A stretch of DNA of 64,000 bases from Macrostomum lignano. Lineage: Eukaryota. Below are positions 13,804-27,600 of this stretch, piece after piece. The notes under the pieces were generated by a model, which worked only from the letters and a program-made list of their open reading frames with translations, ran no database searches and was not told the DNA's origin. The stretch covers positions 209,420-273,419 of the forward strand of contig NIVC01001530.1 of NCBI GenBank assembly GCA_002269645.1. Direction: 5' to 3'. The translations under genes were made by a program, and so were the position numbers. Each line of letters begins with the position of its first letter. Position 1 is the first letter of the stretch.

Positions 13804-16800
13804 TTATACATCGTAAAACTCTGGCAGTTCAACCAGTGGCGAAGCCTCCAAGCCTCTTTCTGGCTGCTTTCTGAACTGCTTCTCGTGAGTCTCGAAAACG
13901 TACTCAAGCAGCTGGTCATCTGAGGCCGGATAGAACAGCAGGTCGGAGATGACGGTTGTGAGTTTGGACTTCAGCTGCAGCAGCCAGTTGATGGACTCGA
14001 TTGCCGGTTCCACGCTCTGCTCGGGCAAAGCAATCTTCATCCAGGACACTGTCTGATCCAGGACGTTGGTTTCGTAGAATCGCGCCAAAATTCTACGAAG
14101 TATATCGACTTTAGTGTCCTCGTGCGTCGAGATGCCTTTGGCTGACAGCTCGATCTCCAGAATGTAGAGACTCAAACTGAATTTGAAATCGGGTTACGGG
14201 TTTTGAAGTACATGTATTAAGCTAATCATTGGGAAATAACGGATAAAAAGATTAATTGAAAATGAAACAATCAATCAAGAGGTTGGGCGTCAACTGAAGC
14301 ACGGGAGCGGAGCACCATAAAGGTCGGTATCATTTAATCAATGTCAGAGTTTGCAGACACGCACATCTTCCGCTTGCTTGGAAATCTGATAAAATGATGA
14401 TAACAATAATAATAATAACGGATTACACCTGCCAAAAATCGCTGGCATCCATTTGACAGCTGTTTAAACTGAAGCAAAGTGTTGAGGAAGTTAAGTGTCT
14501 TCCTCAAATACACAAATTGTTCCAATGGGATCAGGAATCGAACTCACGACCTTAAAGTCGTGAGTCCGATGGTTTCACCACAAGGCTTACAACCCTCTAT
14601 GCTAACAACCCCTGATAAAAAAATTTAGGGAATACAGGCTTGATTTATTTTTGTTCAAGTAATCAGGTTGATAGATTTTTTTACTCGTATGCATTTTACT
14701 TGTGTGAATCTAATATCGCTAACCAACTAATAATGCTTTTATAAACCCGATTGTTTTTGCCAGTTCGTGAATTGGGGGTCTCCCACCAAACCGGAATTCG
14801 GCCTGAGGGACGGGTTTTAGCAGACTGTTAAAAATCTCGGGTAAACTGGTATCTCCTATAGTGTTTACCTGTCGTTAATAAAGTTTAACCTAGTCGACGA
14901 GAAACGCCGAGAAACCCAATGTACCGTACATACATGTACATGTACGTTCGGTTTGATCCATGCTTCGGGCGCTCTATTCTAGATCTTTTAGTTTCTTAAG
15001 TATTTCCCATTTTGAATTTAATTACCGCTACGTGGGTATAACTATAGACAAAACACTTCAGATAGAGATACAACCAAAATCTTTTTACGCACCTTTCCCG
15101 GATATCACTCATTGTATCAACGCACATTAGCCCGCCCTGGTTAATCAGTCCAACCAACGATGGCGCCTGCGCTGCTACATTCAAATCGTGCGACGTTGTT
15201 ATCAAGGTCATATTTTCCGTGCCGTTCTGTAAAATTGATCGCATGATGTTCATATCTTTAGGAGAGGTAACACCAGTAGAAACATCATCAGCTATGAACA
15301 GGATAGTCTCGTTCTTCATCAGAGCAATCACTAAGCCCAATCGCCTTTTCTGACCAACCGACAGTTGACTAACAAGCTTGTTCTTGCATTGGACCAGGCG
15401 AAAATCTTCCAGCAGCTGGGCCAATCGTTCGAAAGACACGCCGAGCAAGTTAGAGTAGAACAGAGCATGTTCAACAACTGTGGCAAGTTTGAACAGAGGG
15501 CTGCGATGCGGCGAGTAGGCCACAGCCTGCTTGAATTTTACTGCTCGACCGGACACCCAGCGGCCCGAAGCGCCGCTACGAACCCGACACTCGCCACTGC
15601 TTGGAGTCAGCCGACCGGCAATCGCCGACACCACGGTTGACAAACCGGATCCTGTTGACCCAACGAAAGTCAGCACTTTGCCTGATTTAACGTCCAAGTT
15701 TACATCGTGAACCGCGCAGATACTGGGACTAAAATATTTAGTCAGTTGCTGAACCTCCACTACAGAGTTCCCCTGCTGGCTGTTGAAGTTTCTAGGGTAG
15801 TCTGCATTCATAGTATTGTGATAACCACTGGTAGCATTCTGCATTATTGACACATTGTTTTTCGCATTAGCACCGGTACTTTTATAGCAAAGATTCTTTT
15901 TGATAAGTGGCATAAGCAAAATTACGGCTGTGAGTGTTGCGAAGTGGAGGGGAATAACTATTAGGCACGCAAGAATGTGCCGCTCCGTGTAGGCAGCCAA
16001 TCTAAACCGCGAACTATCAGCGCCATCGTTAATAAAGTTGAAAAACTCTAATGAGTAACGATACACTTTGGTGCTATAGTATGAAAGCATTCCTGTGGCA
16101 AAAGGTGGCAGAGCAACTATCATGGACAGGCTTAGCGGAAATACCGATGGCAAAATTATGGAAAAACTGCTTATCAGTATCGATACTATTAGATAGGCAG
16201 TTGGAAGTAGTCTTCTTAAAACACTCGGTATTATGAGACTGAGAAGATAGACCAGTAGTAGATTATTCATCAAACCGAAGGTGACTGTCAGAAAACACAC
16301 CAGCCATTGATATTTAGAACCGTATACTACAGGATTAATGACCATTCGTACTATGATAGCTAGACAGTACACTGGAGCGTATTGCAGCCAGAGCATGAGC
16401 AGCTGGCCAATGAAATATCTTGCTGGACTGACTCCCACAGAGACTAGAAATGAGGGCCACTTCACGGATCTTTGCTGTAGTAAATCATTAATATAGTAAG
16501 CTGGCAGAACGCAGACGATAAACAGCTGAGATGTCTGACCTAGCAGAGGCAGCGCCACGCTGCGATAGTCATTCACGATTAGAATGTGAAAGTTTGCGGT
16601 CGTTTTCACTGCTGGCATGAAATATTTCATAGCTGATAAAGACGCGATGAAGGCTGATGCGGTAGAGAAGTCCGGATGACTATTGACCCGTAAGATCCGA
16701 TAACCAGCTGCCGATCGTAATTCAAGCTAGTTCTGCTCCACGAGTTCGCGTACGCAACTGGGCAAGGCAGCTCGTTTTGTTTGACTGCAGTGCAATGCTT

Positions 16801-19800
16801 GTGAATTTGTTTTAATACAGCCGGCGTCTGAAGGTAACTGTACAGTTGCGTGTTCCACTGCTTTGGAATGACTATGTAGTTGTTCCCGGCGATGACAGAT
16901 CCTGTAAGCAACATGCCGCACCTGTACTGATCAATCTTGTACTTTGACGGCACATCGTTGTCGTAAATGCAGACGCCTCTGGTGAATTTCTTAACTGGCA
17001 GATTGGAGATATTTCGCGAAACTTTAAGTTTCGTTAGCCATGCTTTCTCTATAAGGAGAGGCGCAGCGAAAAAGCCGAGTAAAAATATTGGCACAAAGAT
17101 ACACTGACAAAATATTCGACAGCAACTTCGGCGATGAAGCAGACAGCTGAAGCGACAAATTCCTCGGACAGCTCCGAAAAAAGTAGTTTCCGAGTTTTTG
17201 GGAATTCTTCTTCTTTGAGATAATTCGCTATCGAAATGATCGCCGCTGTTTTTAAACAGATCGTCTGCCTCGATGTTCTTGGAGTGGATGCCAGACGAAC
17301 TTCTGTTTTGACGACCATTTAGAAATAGACTGTCAATCTTCCCAGTATTCACTCTTCTGAGCCGGTTGTACAGTTCAGTCAAAGTCAGTCGCTTCAGAGA
17401 AATCTTTTCAACGTCTTGTTCTATACTTTTGAAGGCTTTTATTACTTTCATCGTCAGGTTGTCATCGCTGCCTGTCAGGCGACTATCGAAGTGCGCCGAA
17501 AGCAGCTCCTTCTCGAGTGTTAACTGAATTTGACCATTCAATACTGACGACAATTGGGAACGAAGTTTCTCAAGCGCGCTCTCGCCCCGGCTGGGATCTC
17601 GAAGGCGCGCCTGGACGATAAGCTCAAAGTTGGCGGCCAGCCGCATATACATGTACTGGGACGAGCCGGCGCTAGCGATATTCTGACCACTCGGTGACGA
17701 TAATAGTATCAAACGATTGGCCCGCCGTTCCATCTCGTTAATCTCATCGGGCGAATGAGCCGCTACGCCAACAACTATGCAACGCTGTTGGATTCGGTGC
17801 TCCTCGAGCAGGCGCCACAGTCTCTGTCGCGATGCTGGGTCAAGGTGGCGAGTTGGCTCGAACAGCACAACCAATTTTGGATTGCCTAGTAGTGCGCAGG
17901 CGATGCTGAGACTGCGGGCTTGACCGGTGCTTAAACTGGAAACCCGACGAGGTAGAATGTCAACGAGTCGCAGCAGAGCAAGAGTTGGGTGAATGTCCCG
18001 CTCGCACTTGATCCAACTCATGCCTCTGCTTACGAGCGCCATCTGGAGGGTGTGCAGGACTGTCAGGTTGTTGCACAGAGCATCTTCCGCTGGGCACACG
18101 CTGACTCGGGTCTGCGATAACGGCCTGTTTCGGCTGTTGGCAGCTACTCTGCCGTCAATCCAGAGGCTGCCGCTCGTGACAGGCTGGGCACCTGTCATCA
18201 CTCCTAGAAATTCGTTCACCTTGCTGGCGTCGTCGGCGATTACCGCCGTGATTTGATTGTCGTACAGGTCAACTGTGAAGAATAAATAAAAAATTGCTGT
18301 GTAAAGTTTATTGAGCATGCTGGTGCATGGTAAGCGATAGAGATTATATAACGTAAGGTAATAATGTAGGATTGCTCAGGGAACTGTGACTTAGTGTGCA
18401 GAATTGCCTTAGCACGTACGAACTATCGACTGCAGTATACGAGCGTAGAATGATACCTAATGAACTGCGTCAAGAATTGCGCTACCAAATTGTGAGTTAG
18501 TTTGACACTTCTGAAGTTTCATGAATACAGGAACGGCAATAAAGACTTACCAGAAAATTGTCCAGTCTGCGCTTCATTATGATCGGCATCGTTCGTCAGC
18601 GGCTTGCAAGACACTTTAGCATATCTGACTATGATATCATTGTTCTCAAGAAACTCAATGCCAGGTTGCTGTTTGAACATGTCTGGCAGGTCGAAACCTG
18701 GCGCCGCCGTGCAGACCCGTAAAATAGGGGAATAACGCAGCGCATTGCCCGTGGTCAGAACGTAGTCCAGAAAGAGCGTCAGTAAGATATTTACAGCAGA
18801 AAACAATACATTAATTAGAACACCTGTCGCATGAAATTTATTCTCGATCTTAGGATTCACTTGGCCAACCAGATTGGCTTGCAGCTGTTCGGCAAAGTTG
18901 CCGCACGGCAACAGAAGCAGACCCATTTGTAGCTGCTTTAAGCCGACGAATTCCAGTGATTCTTGAGCCAGTCGGTTACTAATTATGAGCACTCCAACTG
19001 CGATTACGTAGGTTATCGTACCCTTACAGATTGCGTAGTAGTTGTTAGTTAGAACAGTTAAAAGTAGCATGAATGACGCTGCGCAGTACAGGAAAGACCC
19101 TGTTTGCACTGCAATAAGGTACACGCGCTCCGGAGAGTAGAAACCGGGACACTGAATGTAGAACGACAGCGTCATGCAGATAGATAGTAGAAGCACCTCT
19201 GCACTTGTCCAGAGCCACACAGAGGCCCAGTAAGACGCTGGCGATAGGCCCTTGCGAATCATCAGCTGCAGAAAGCCGCAGCTTTTGAGCTTCACGATGC
19301 AAGAAATTGTGGTTAATAAGAAGTAGAAGCAGAAAATTGTCATTACTAGGATTGACAGAAAGCAAAGTAGTTTAGGCAAATAAAAGAAGTAGTTTCTATC
19401 TGCTTGACAAAAATTTTTAGACGTTGATTCCTCGCTAATATCGCTGGCATCCGAGGTCAGATGAAACATGCTGTAGTTCTGAAACCAGTCTGTAGCGTCT
19501 TCAGTGGCGCTGGAGTAGAAGAAAATGCTGCCAAAGAACGAGCAGTAAAGTTCGCTGGCGTAAGTAGCCGGACAAACAAGAGCTTTTCTGTCGTAATCAA
19601 TAAAAAATTTCTGCCGCTTTTCATTGTTGTGCATCATGTTTGAATAAAGATTTGATACGCACGAGTCCCAATTCGCACACTTCCAATGGGCCTGATTCTC
19701 TTTCAGATTTGAATCCATGCTCTTCAGCATGCTCAGCGTAAAACTCAGCGTCGTAGAAGATAATTGATCCGTGTAAATTATACTTGGCTGAGCTTGACTA

Positions 19801-19988
19801 ATCTTGTAACCGGTTATTCCCGTCAGCCTACCTTTGCCGCGCGCATGTAACCAACCGCTAATAAGCAAGTGGTTCCATTGGATGCTAAACAGAGTTAGGA
19901 GCAGCAGTGGCAGAAACAGCACCAGATTCCAGGACTTCAGCGCTAGTTGAGTGCGTAAGAGAAACAGGGATTGGCTCACGGTGCCCAT
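13804..19988 (-). CDS. ABCA-family full transporter paralogue 3 with degenerate nucleotide-binding motifs
   Basis: Exon 19988-18551; intron 18550-18273; exon 18272-15093 (ORFs 16627..18318 and 14996..16630, frameshift near 16690); intron 15092-14177; last exon 14176-13804. Same intron positions and phases as paralogue 2. Confidence 0.8.
14395..14590 (-). mobile_element. tRNA-derived SINE-like element in an ABCA intron
   Basis: Minus strand reads AGCCTTGTGGT...GGTCGTGAGTTCGATTCC (A/B-box-like), then GAGGAAGACACTTAAC and a (TTA)n tail. Confidence 0.5.
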
Positions 19989-20135
19989 GGCGGATGGCTA
20001 TGGCTAAACTGGAATTTTTCTAGCTACATTTAGTGTACTTAGGGTCAAATTATAATCAACAAATGCCATTTATATACTTGGGATCATAGACATGCATTTT
20101 TCTGAAGGTTCCTCACTCAATCCAATTGAAAGCAT

Positions 20136-20437
20136 GGAGGAAAGAATAGAATGGAGTGCTAATCTCAGCCAGTTATTTTTGTCTCGCTCGATTTTCACTT
20201 TTAGCATCCCTTCACCCCCGTTCCTTCCTATTGGCTCGTGACTGTCATAGACAAAGTCTTTTTCGTCTCGTTTTCGTTTTCGTTCCCCTCTGAAAGGTCT
20301 GTCCCAGAATAGTACGAGCTCGCATCAAATATGCTTTCAGCCAATAGGAAGGAACGGGGGGAAAGGATGCTAAAAGTGAAGATCGAGCTAGACAAAATAA
20401 CTGGCTCAGATTAGCACTATATTCTATTCTTTCCTCC
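20136..20437. mobile_element. Fold-back MITE-like element, arms about 105 bp
   Basis: GGAGGAAAGAATAGAAT...CCTATTGGCT (20136-20238) is the imperfect reverse complement of about 20338-20437. No clear TSD. Confidence 0.6.
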
Positions 20438-20639
20438 GATCCATGATTGAAACGACTTGTCACAAAGTACGACGTGAAGTAGCATTTTAAAGATTTCTGT
20501 CAGTGTGGCACATCGAAAAAAATTACACAACTTGCTAAATTATATTTTAATCTGCTATAAATGCGAACGAATTAAATTCACGGTAATTTGACACTATTGA
20601 AAGATTGCGTGAAAGATCGATTCTTTTGCATAGATATTG

Positions 20640-21110
20640 TTTAAGAACGACATGTACAGGTCTACGCAACCCTAAAGTCAGCAGCAGATGCCACCAGAGC
20701 AGATCGCCGACACGCGGTGGCCCGCAGGTTGTCGCTGACGATCAACACCGTCAAGCCAGCCGCAGCAGTCGTCGGGTTGATGCGGCCGCAGTCTGACTGC
20801 TCTGCCGCCACCGCCACTGCCATCGCCACCGCCACCGCGGGGAATTCTTAGCGCTGTCTGGGCCGCCGGCACGTCGAGGCAAAGCAGTCGCAGCTTTGGC
20901 GGCAGTCTATCGTTGCTAAGCAACCATTGGCGAAGCTCTCTACCCGAGATGTCGCAAGCATTAGCTGACAAGGTCAAACAGTTGAGACCCTGCGACAGTC
21001 GCTGTGCCGTCTCTGACAGCATGCGAAGATCGGAAGCTGCGACAAAGCGACATGCAATCGAAAGGATGCGAAGCTCGCTGGATTTGCCTGCGGATGAAAG
21101 CGGGTAAAAT
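20640..21110 (-). other. Possible LRR-like coding fragment related to the adjacent F-box/LRR gene
   Basis: ORF 20678..21022 has LxxLxL patterns (LNCLTLS, LRLLCLD) in GC-rich coding-like DNA. Gene structure unresolved. Confidence 0.35.
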
Positions 21111-21785
21111 TATTGACGTACACGTATGTATCGATTCTTACTACTCATAATCGATTCTTACTACTCATAGCTCTGATGGTTCAGGTGCTGCTGCTGACGC
21201 TGCAGGCACCCTACCAACAGGGCGCGAACTCAGCGCTTTTCGACTGATTGCTGGCTGACGCGGTGCAAGCTTTCGGGCCAATGTTTTCTTTCGCACAAGG
21301 CCCTAAAGCGCGCCCTGTGATACTCCTTGCAGCATCATTCTCATGACCATCATCAGTATTAGCAGTGGCGTAATTATCATTTTTTAGCAATTTGACGATC
21401 ATTATTCACATTTTTAATGCAGAACAATCCATTACTACAAACAATGCATTGTCTGTAGGATCGTCAAACAGAAAAACAATGCAAAGAATCAGCGGTCGCA
21501 GCACGTGACAACGATTTGTGTCTATGGCTCGCGCCTACCGGCGCTCGCAAGACAATCGTTGTCACGCACTGGGACCGCTGATTATTTATCCATTGTGATG
21601 ACCTACAGTGAAGCTGTGTTGAGTTGTGTGAGAGGGGTTGATGGAAGCGCAGGGGAAGGGATGTTCATATTGTCGCGAGCGACGCGTCACCCATTGCTTG
21701 CTTGTTCCTTCCTTTCTCCCCCCTTTTCCTTTGCGTACATGTATAAGAGATCCTCGAGGGACTTTGTTGCTTGCGTACGGTGCTT

Positions 21786-22282
21786 GCTGAGATGTCAAGG
21801 CCTACTTGCTGGATTGTTGAGATGTCAAGGCCTACTTGCTGGATTGTTGAGATGTCAAGGCCTACTTGCTGGATTGTTGAGATGTCAAGGCCTACTTGCT
21901 GGATTGCTGAGATGTCAAGGCCTACTTGCTGGATTGCTGAGATGTCAAGGCCTACTTGCTGGATTGTTGAGATGTCAAGGCCTACTTGCTGGATTGTTGA
22001 GATGTCAAGGCCTACTTGCTGGATTGTTGAGATGTCAAGGCCTACTTGCTGGATTGTTGAGATGTCAAGGCCTACTTGCTGGATTGTTGAGATGTCAAGG
22101 CCTACTTGCTGGATTGTTGAGATGTCAAGGCCTACTTGCTGGATTGTTGAGATGTCAAGGCCTACTTGCTGGATTGTTGAGATGTCAAGGCCTACTTGCT
22201 GGATTGTTGAGATGTCAAGGCCTACTTGCTGGATTGTTGAGATGTCAAGGCCTACTTGCTGGATTGTTGAGATGTCAAGACT
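21786..22282 (+). repeat. 30-bp minisatellite (CTACTTGCTGGATTGTTGAGATGTCAAGGC)n, about 16 copies
   Basis: Direct reading. Shares the TGAGATGTCAAGGC core and the downstream GAAGCTACATG...CTCCCC-hairpin tail with the 10042 array. Confidence 0.9.
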
Positions 22283-22438
22283 AAGGTGAGAAGCTACATG
22301 AAGTTTATTCAAAACGTTTTATTCCATTCTTTGTTGGCTCCCCGACGGTGGGCGCTAATGGAAGCGACAGGCTCTTTACTACATGTATACTAGTAGTATG
22401 CATAAGTATGAGTAGTAAAATACGCATCCTCTTCAAAA

Positions 22439-24380
22439 CTAACCGGCCTCAAGGTCCGCAAGCGCCGACGATGGCGGCAGCAACCAGTCGCCAGCCCGCA
22501 GGTCCAGCAGGCTCGCCAGCGACAGTCGCAACGATCGAAGCCCGCTGGGCAGACGACGAATACATCGACGGGTATGCAGGCCGCCGCCGCCGCCAGAAGA
22601 CGCAGTCATGTCCAACAGCAGATGGCGAACATTCGGCACCAGAGCTGTCAAATCCAACGAAACCAGCTGATAATCTTTATCGGCATCAGACGACTGCAGT
22701 TGAAGACGCTGCAGTTCAGACAGTTGAATATTCGAATTGGCGAGTCTGGCAAAGTCTACGAAACCAACAGTCAGGTCGCGCAGACAGGTTGGCCAGGACA
22801 ACGGAAACAATGATGAAGTTAGACAGAAATTTTTCTCATTCGAAGAGTCCATTGAACGTAGAAGTACTAAAGTCTCAGTCTGGGCTAGTTGCCTACCAAC
22901 GTTTTCATCGGTTGATGTTTTCTTAATTGCGGCGTCCAAGCTTGTAACAACAGCTCCAGTGAACGGATCGCGCAGAACCTCAGCTGCATCAGCGACGCCA
23001 ATGCCGCTGCTAGTGTGACGATAAAGTATAAAAGCTGCGGGACAGCACAAATTAATATGAAGTTAGCCAAGTTTTGAAGTTCCACATCCATCATGCAAGG
23101 ATGTGACGATGCATTGGTCATCAAATCTCTAATGTTCCACGACACAGTATATGCTTATACATTGACTAAGTGCGTGCATATAAGTCAGGGCAGATCTAGC
23201 ATACAAGAACGACTTAAGAAAACAGGAGTCCTATATTCGCAAATCTTGTATTGCATTCATTAATTAAGGATGTGTCTTATCCCTGGCTATCCATATAGCC
23301 TTCTTTTCATTGCTTCTCAAGCTCTTCAGGCTAACGAAAAACACTAAAATAAAGCTTGGAAAAGCGCTATCGCTCGCCCTTAGATTTGTTTTAAATCAGA
23401 ACCGGAAGAAATGAAGCTCTGCTTTTTTGTTGAGTCGCAGTTTTTACTTTTCATACACGTGTATCTACTTTCTGACCTTTGTGGGTAACACTCGTGGTGT
23501 TTTTTTCGTAGCTAAATACTCGGTTTTAAGAGGTCTTCTCTCAAACAAGCCTATTACTAGAGGCTGCTTTATTATTATTACCATTCTCCAGTCGGCGGCA
23601 GTGCTCCAATCCAGCCCGATCACTGGCCAGACGAGCCAAGGACTCCGAAGTTTCAGTTGGAGGCGCCGGCGTCACCGCCAGGTATCGCAGTCCGCTGGCA
23701 ACCAATCGGAATTGAGCTCGGATCGCCAGCTCGCCAAGCAGCAAGCGCAGCAGCAAACCGGAGTGGACTGGGCCAACCATTTGCTGCCGGCTGTTCCCCT
23801 GCTGCCGCGACCCTTGACGACTGAATGAGGCCAGATGCAGCTCGAGGCAGTCCAGTTTGGGCGCGTGGACGCCAATCTGATCAGACAAAGAGTGCGAATC
23901 GAATCTGAATGACACCGAGCTCAGATACAACTGCAGGTGAGTGAGCTCGGGCAGTTGAGCTTTTGGCTGGCAGTTGCACCAGTCTGACAGGCTATGCAGT
24001 CGGATGCGCAGCTCTCGGAGACTGGGAACTTGGGCAAGCAGCCAGGACAGCCGGGCGGAACCAGGCTCGAGCTCGAGGCAGGCGAGGCGGAGAACTGATA
24101 GGCTGAAAATTGGCCGATGAAGGAGGCAGCGCAGCAGCTGCCATTGAGTGACATCGGGCCGGTGCAACAGCTCCATGCAACGAAGCTGATACCGCCAACT
24201 GACCAGTCTGAGTAACTTCTGAAGCTGGGCAAGCTGCATCAAGCTACAGCTCAAACCAAATGTGAGTTGATTTACTGGGAGGCCAGTGGCTGCTGGTACT
24301 GCCAAGCAGAAGCTGAACAAGTCACTGGCTGGTAAATACTGCATCAACTGCTGCAGTAGCTCTGGTGGGAGGCATTCCAT
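22439..24380 (-). CDS. F-box / leucine-rich-repeat protein (at least 2 exons, boundaries uncertain)
   Basis: N-terminal F-box-like LPPELLQQLMQYLPASDLFSFCL; LRR-like units PSLRELRI, PELTHLQL, PKLDCLEL, PNVRHLLL in ORFs 23541..24380 and 22439..23050. Confidence 0.65.
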
Positions 24381-24991
24381 TTCAAAGCTGGATACTTAAT
24401 ACCTGGAAAGCCTCACTGAAATGAAAGTTTTGTACAATCATATAAATTTATGCATGCATATTTGTGTTATTGATAACTCTATCTAATTGAACAAAATCAT
24501 CAATTAGTAAATGATTTTTTTAAAGTTAAGATAACTCCTTTACATAATGGTTTATTAACCTTGCTTGAAATATATATTTCTTAATTAAATTATCTGTAAT
24601 ATAAAGTTATAATTATGCATTAACTTTAATAAATTGTGATTTTTGTAAATTGGATTTAAAGAGTATTGAACACTGGAAATGAATTAGGTACAGTTTAAAA
24701 AACTATAATTAATAAAAAAATCTAGGCCAAATCCAAAGAGGAAAAATTATTCAAATAAAATTATAAAAAATCTAATCCTAACCAAAAAAAATAAAGTCTC
24801 ATAATACTTCCAATGGTAGCTAGTCATAAACTTAAGTTATAAAATATAAGTCATAAACTAGGTTAAAATAAAATTCAAAATGGATTTTTAGAAATATCTT
24901 TTTTATGAAATTAAATTAAATTATTAAATTAAATTCAGATTTTTATTAATTCAAGTTTACAGTTGTTTTTGTTGTTTTATAAGTATAAATA

Positions 24992-26943
24992 TCTCTACCT
25001 ATAAAAATCTCTACATATAAAAATCAAAACTCTGTGTGTCTGTGTGTGTGTGTGTGTCTGTGTGTGGACAATTTTGATCGCTATGGACTCCCAAACCGCT
25101 CAACCAAATGACACCAAACTTTACACCCACCCTAAACTTACTACGGAGAATGTCTTAGGCTACCTTTTAATTTCCTAAATTTGAGTCTTCCAACCTAAAA
25201 GTACAAAAAACTGCTCAAAATGCGCGATTTTTTCACTTAATCCTCCATAGCGCCGCTCCACTTCTACCGATTCTCTTCAAATTTGACACAGATAATCTTT
25301 AACTATTTTGGCACAATTGTGTAAAATTTCGAGTCTCAAAGTCAATCCTGAGCGGTGCTGTGCACTTTTAAAGTTAGGCTGTTTTTTTTCAGCGTAGCAA
25401 CCACCCCAACCTCCGCCCGCCTGCCTCTCTTTCCCGATCCCGATCTGGGCCCAGATGTGTAAAAAGGTTTCAAAATTGACTAACTTTCAGCTGCCATAAG
25501 TTTGCTCCACGTAAAGCGATTGACTTCAAACTTGACACAATTCTTCATTGACTCATTCTCTATCTAAATGTAAAGTTTCAACTCTGTAACTCAACCGAAA
25601 AAGAAACTGTAAGCATGTGAAGTTTGTCTGCTTTTTCTGTTGTTTGTGCCACTCACTCACTCATTCCCCAGAGCCAGACGAAGGGTCAGGCGATAGGACT
25701 GAATGTACATACAAATGTACAGTGTTTTGGAATAACTTTATTTATAGCCTTCTCTGCACCCCGAGAGTGGAGAGGCTACGTTTAGCCATAACAGTTTAGT
25801 GAGAAATTCTAACCATTGCCCTCCTCTCTGTATTGGCAAACTCTGCAGCAGTTTAACAGTGGATGGCAATTGGCAAATCGAGGGAATCCAGCATGGTTTG
25901 TAAAAGCGAAAGATTTATGAAAAGGCGATGCGATGCAATGAAATACAACCCTAATAAATTAGGCACACCATGGAAATTTTAAGTTTCTCTTAAAAGTACT
26001 TTAAAATTTAAATGGCCTCCTAAGAAATGCGTATTTCCTTGGTTGTTAGACTGATGCAAACTGCAGTAGAGCTGAAGATACACAAATTCCTTTCAGGGCT
26101 GCGAATTGGCAAGAAAGATGACGTGATCAAAGCATGAGAACAACCATGTCAGTGGCCAGATAAAGAATCCAGCTTATGGCTGAGGGGCAGATGAAAGTGG
26201 AAAGAAGGAATAGACGATTCGAAGAGAGAAGAAGCGAAAGAGGGGATAAAAGAAAATATAAAAGATAATAGGAGAGATGAGGGGGTGAGGACGATGAGAG
26301 AAAGGGGGAGAAGAGGGGAGAGAGGAAAAGCGAGAGGAGAGAGTAGAGATGAGAGCAGAGAGCTGCAGATGAGAGGAGACAGCAGAGAGGAGAGCAGAGA
26401 GTTGACACAAAAAAGCTTGCGGCGCGAAAAAAAATCGTAGGCGCGAAAAAAATGGGCACTCCTCACTCCCACCACTGGGGAAGAGAGAAGAGATAAAGAT
26501 ACATCTCTACATCTCCAAGGTTGTAGAGATGAGAGAGGTGGAAGGAGAGATGAGAAATGAGAGATGAGAGATAAAGGAGAGAGGAGACTCGAGAGAGAGA
26601 GAAGAGAGGGAGAGAGAGTATAGAAAAGGGAAGAGAAGAGAAAAAAGTAAGGAGAAAGGAAAGTGAGGAGTCAAAAGAGGGGAAAGAAAAGAGTACAGAG
26701 GAGAGAGGTGAGAGAACATATAAGACTGAGATGCCAGATTAAAGAGGGGGATGAGAGAGCAGAGACGAGAGTGAACAGATGAAAGATGGGAGAGTAGAGA
26801 GAACAGAGAAGAGATAAGAGATTACGGAGACGAGAGGAGAGAAGAGAGACAAATGTAGAGAAGTGAGTGAGGAGAGAGGAGAGGAAAGAGGAGAATGGAG
26901 AGGGGAGAGAGTAGAGAGAGGAGGAGAGATAAGAGAGAAAGAC

Positions 26944-27015
<72 letters not shown>

Positions 27016-27600
27016 AGAGAGAAATTAGAAGAGATAAGAGAGAAAAGATAAAAGAAAAGAAAGGAAAGATGAAAGAGCAAAGGCGAGAGAGAAAAAAGAG
27101 GTGAGGGAAGAGACGAGAGAAGAGGGGAGAGAGGAGAGAGGAAAGAAGAGATGAGAGGAGAGAGAGAGAGGAACGAGTAGAGAGGAGAGATGAGAGAGTA
27201 GAGGAGACAGTTAAGAGAAGAGAGAAAAGAATAGAGAGGAGAAGGAAGAGACGAGAGAAGAGGGGGGAGAGGAGAGAGGAGAGGAGAGAGAAAAGAAGAG
27301 GGAAGAGATGAGATAAGAGAAATGAAAGAAAAGAGAGATGAGGGAAGATACGAGATAAGATGGGAGAGGAGAGAGGAGAGGAGAGAGAAAACGAAAGAGT
27401 AGAGAGGAGAGAGGAGAGGAGAGAGAAAAGAAGAGACATGAGATGAGATAAGAGAGATGAAAGAGAAGAGAGATGAAAGAGAAGAGAGATGAGGGAAGAT
27501 ACGAGAGAAGAGGGGAGAGATGAGAGAGGAGAGACGAGGGACGAGAGAGAAGAGAGGAAACAGAAGAGACGATAGAAATTTTAAAGGATCCAAGGGACGT
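24992..27600 (+). mobile_element. Probable non-autonomous Helitron-like element with a long polypurine (GA-rich) body
   Basis: A|TCTCTACCTATAAAAATC head, TG microsatellite, CCAAACCGCTCAACC, and CCCAACCTCCGCCCGC shared with the 1.9-kb repeat. GA-rich tract about 26190-27575 with pure (GA)n at about 26949-27014. 3' end not identified. Confidence 0.4.

Noticed and set aside
10042-22282. 30-bp arrays as CRISPR arrays
   Set aside because: Contiguous repeats with no unique spacers, no cas genes, eukaryotic context.
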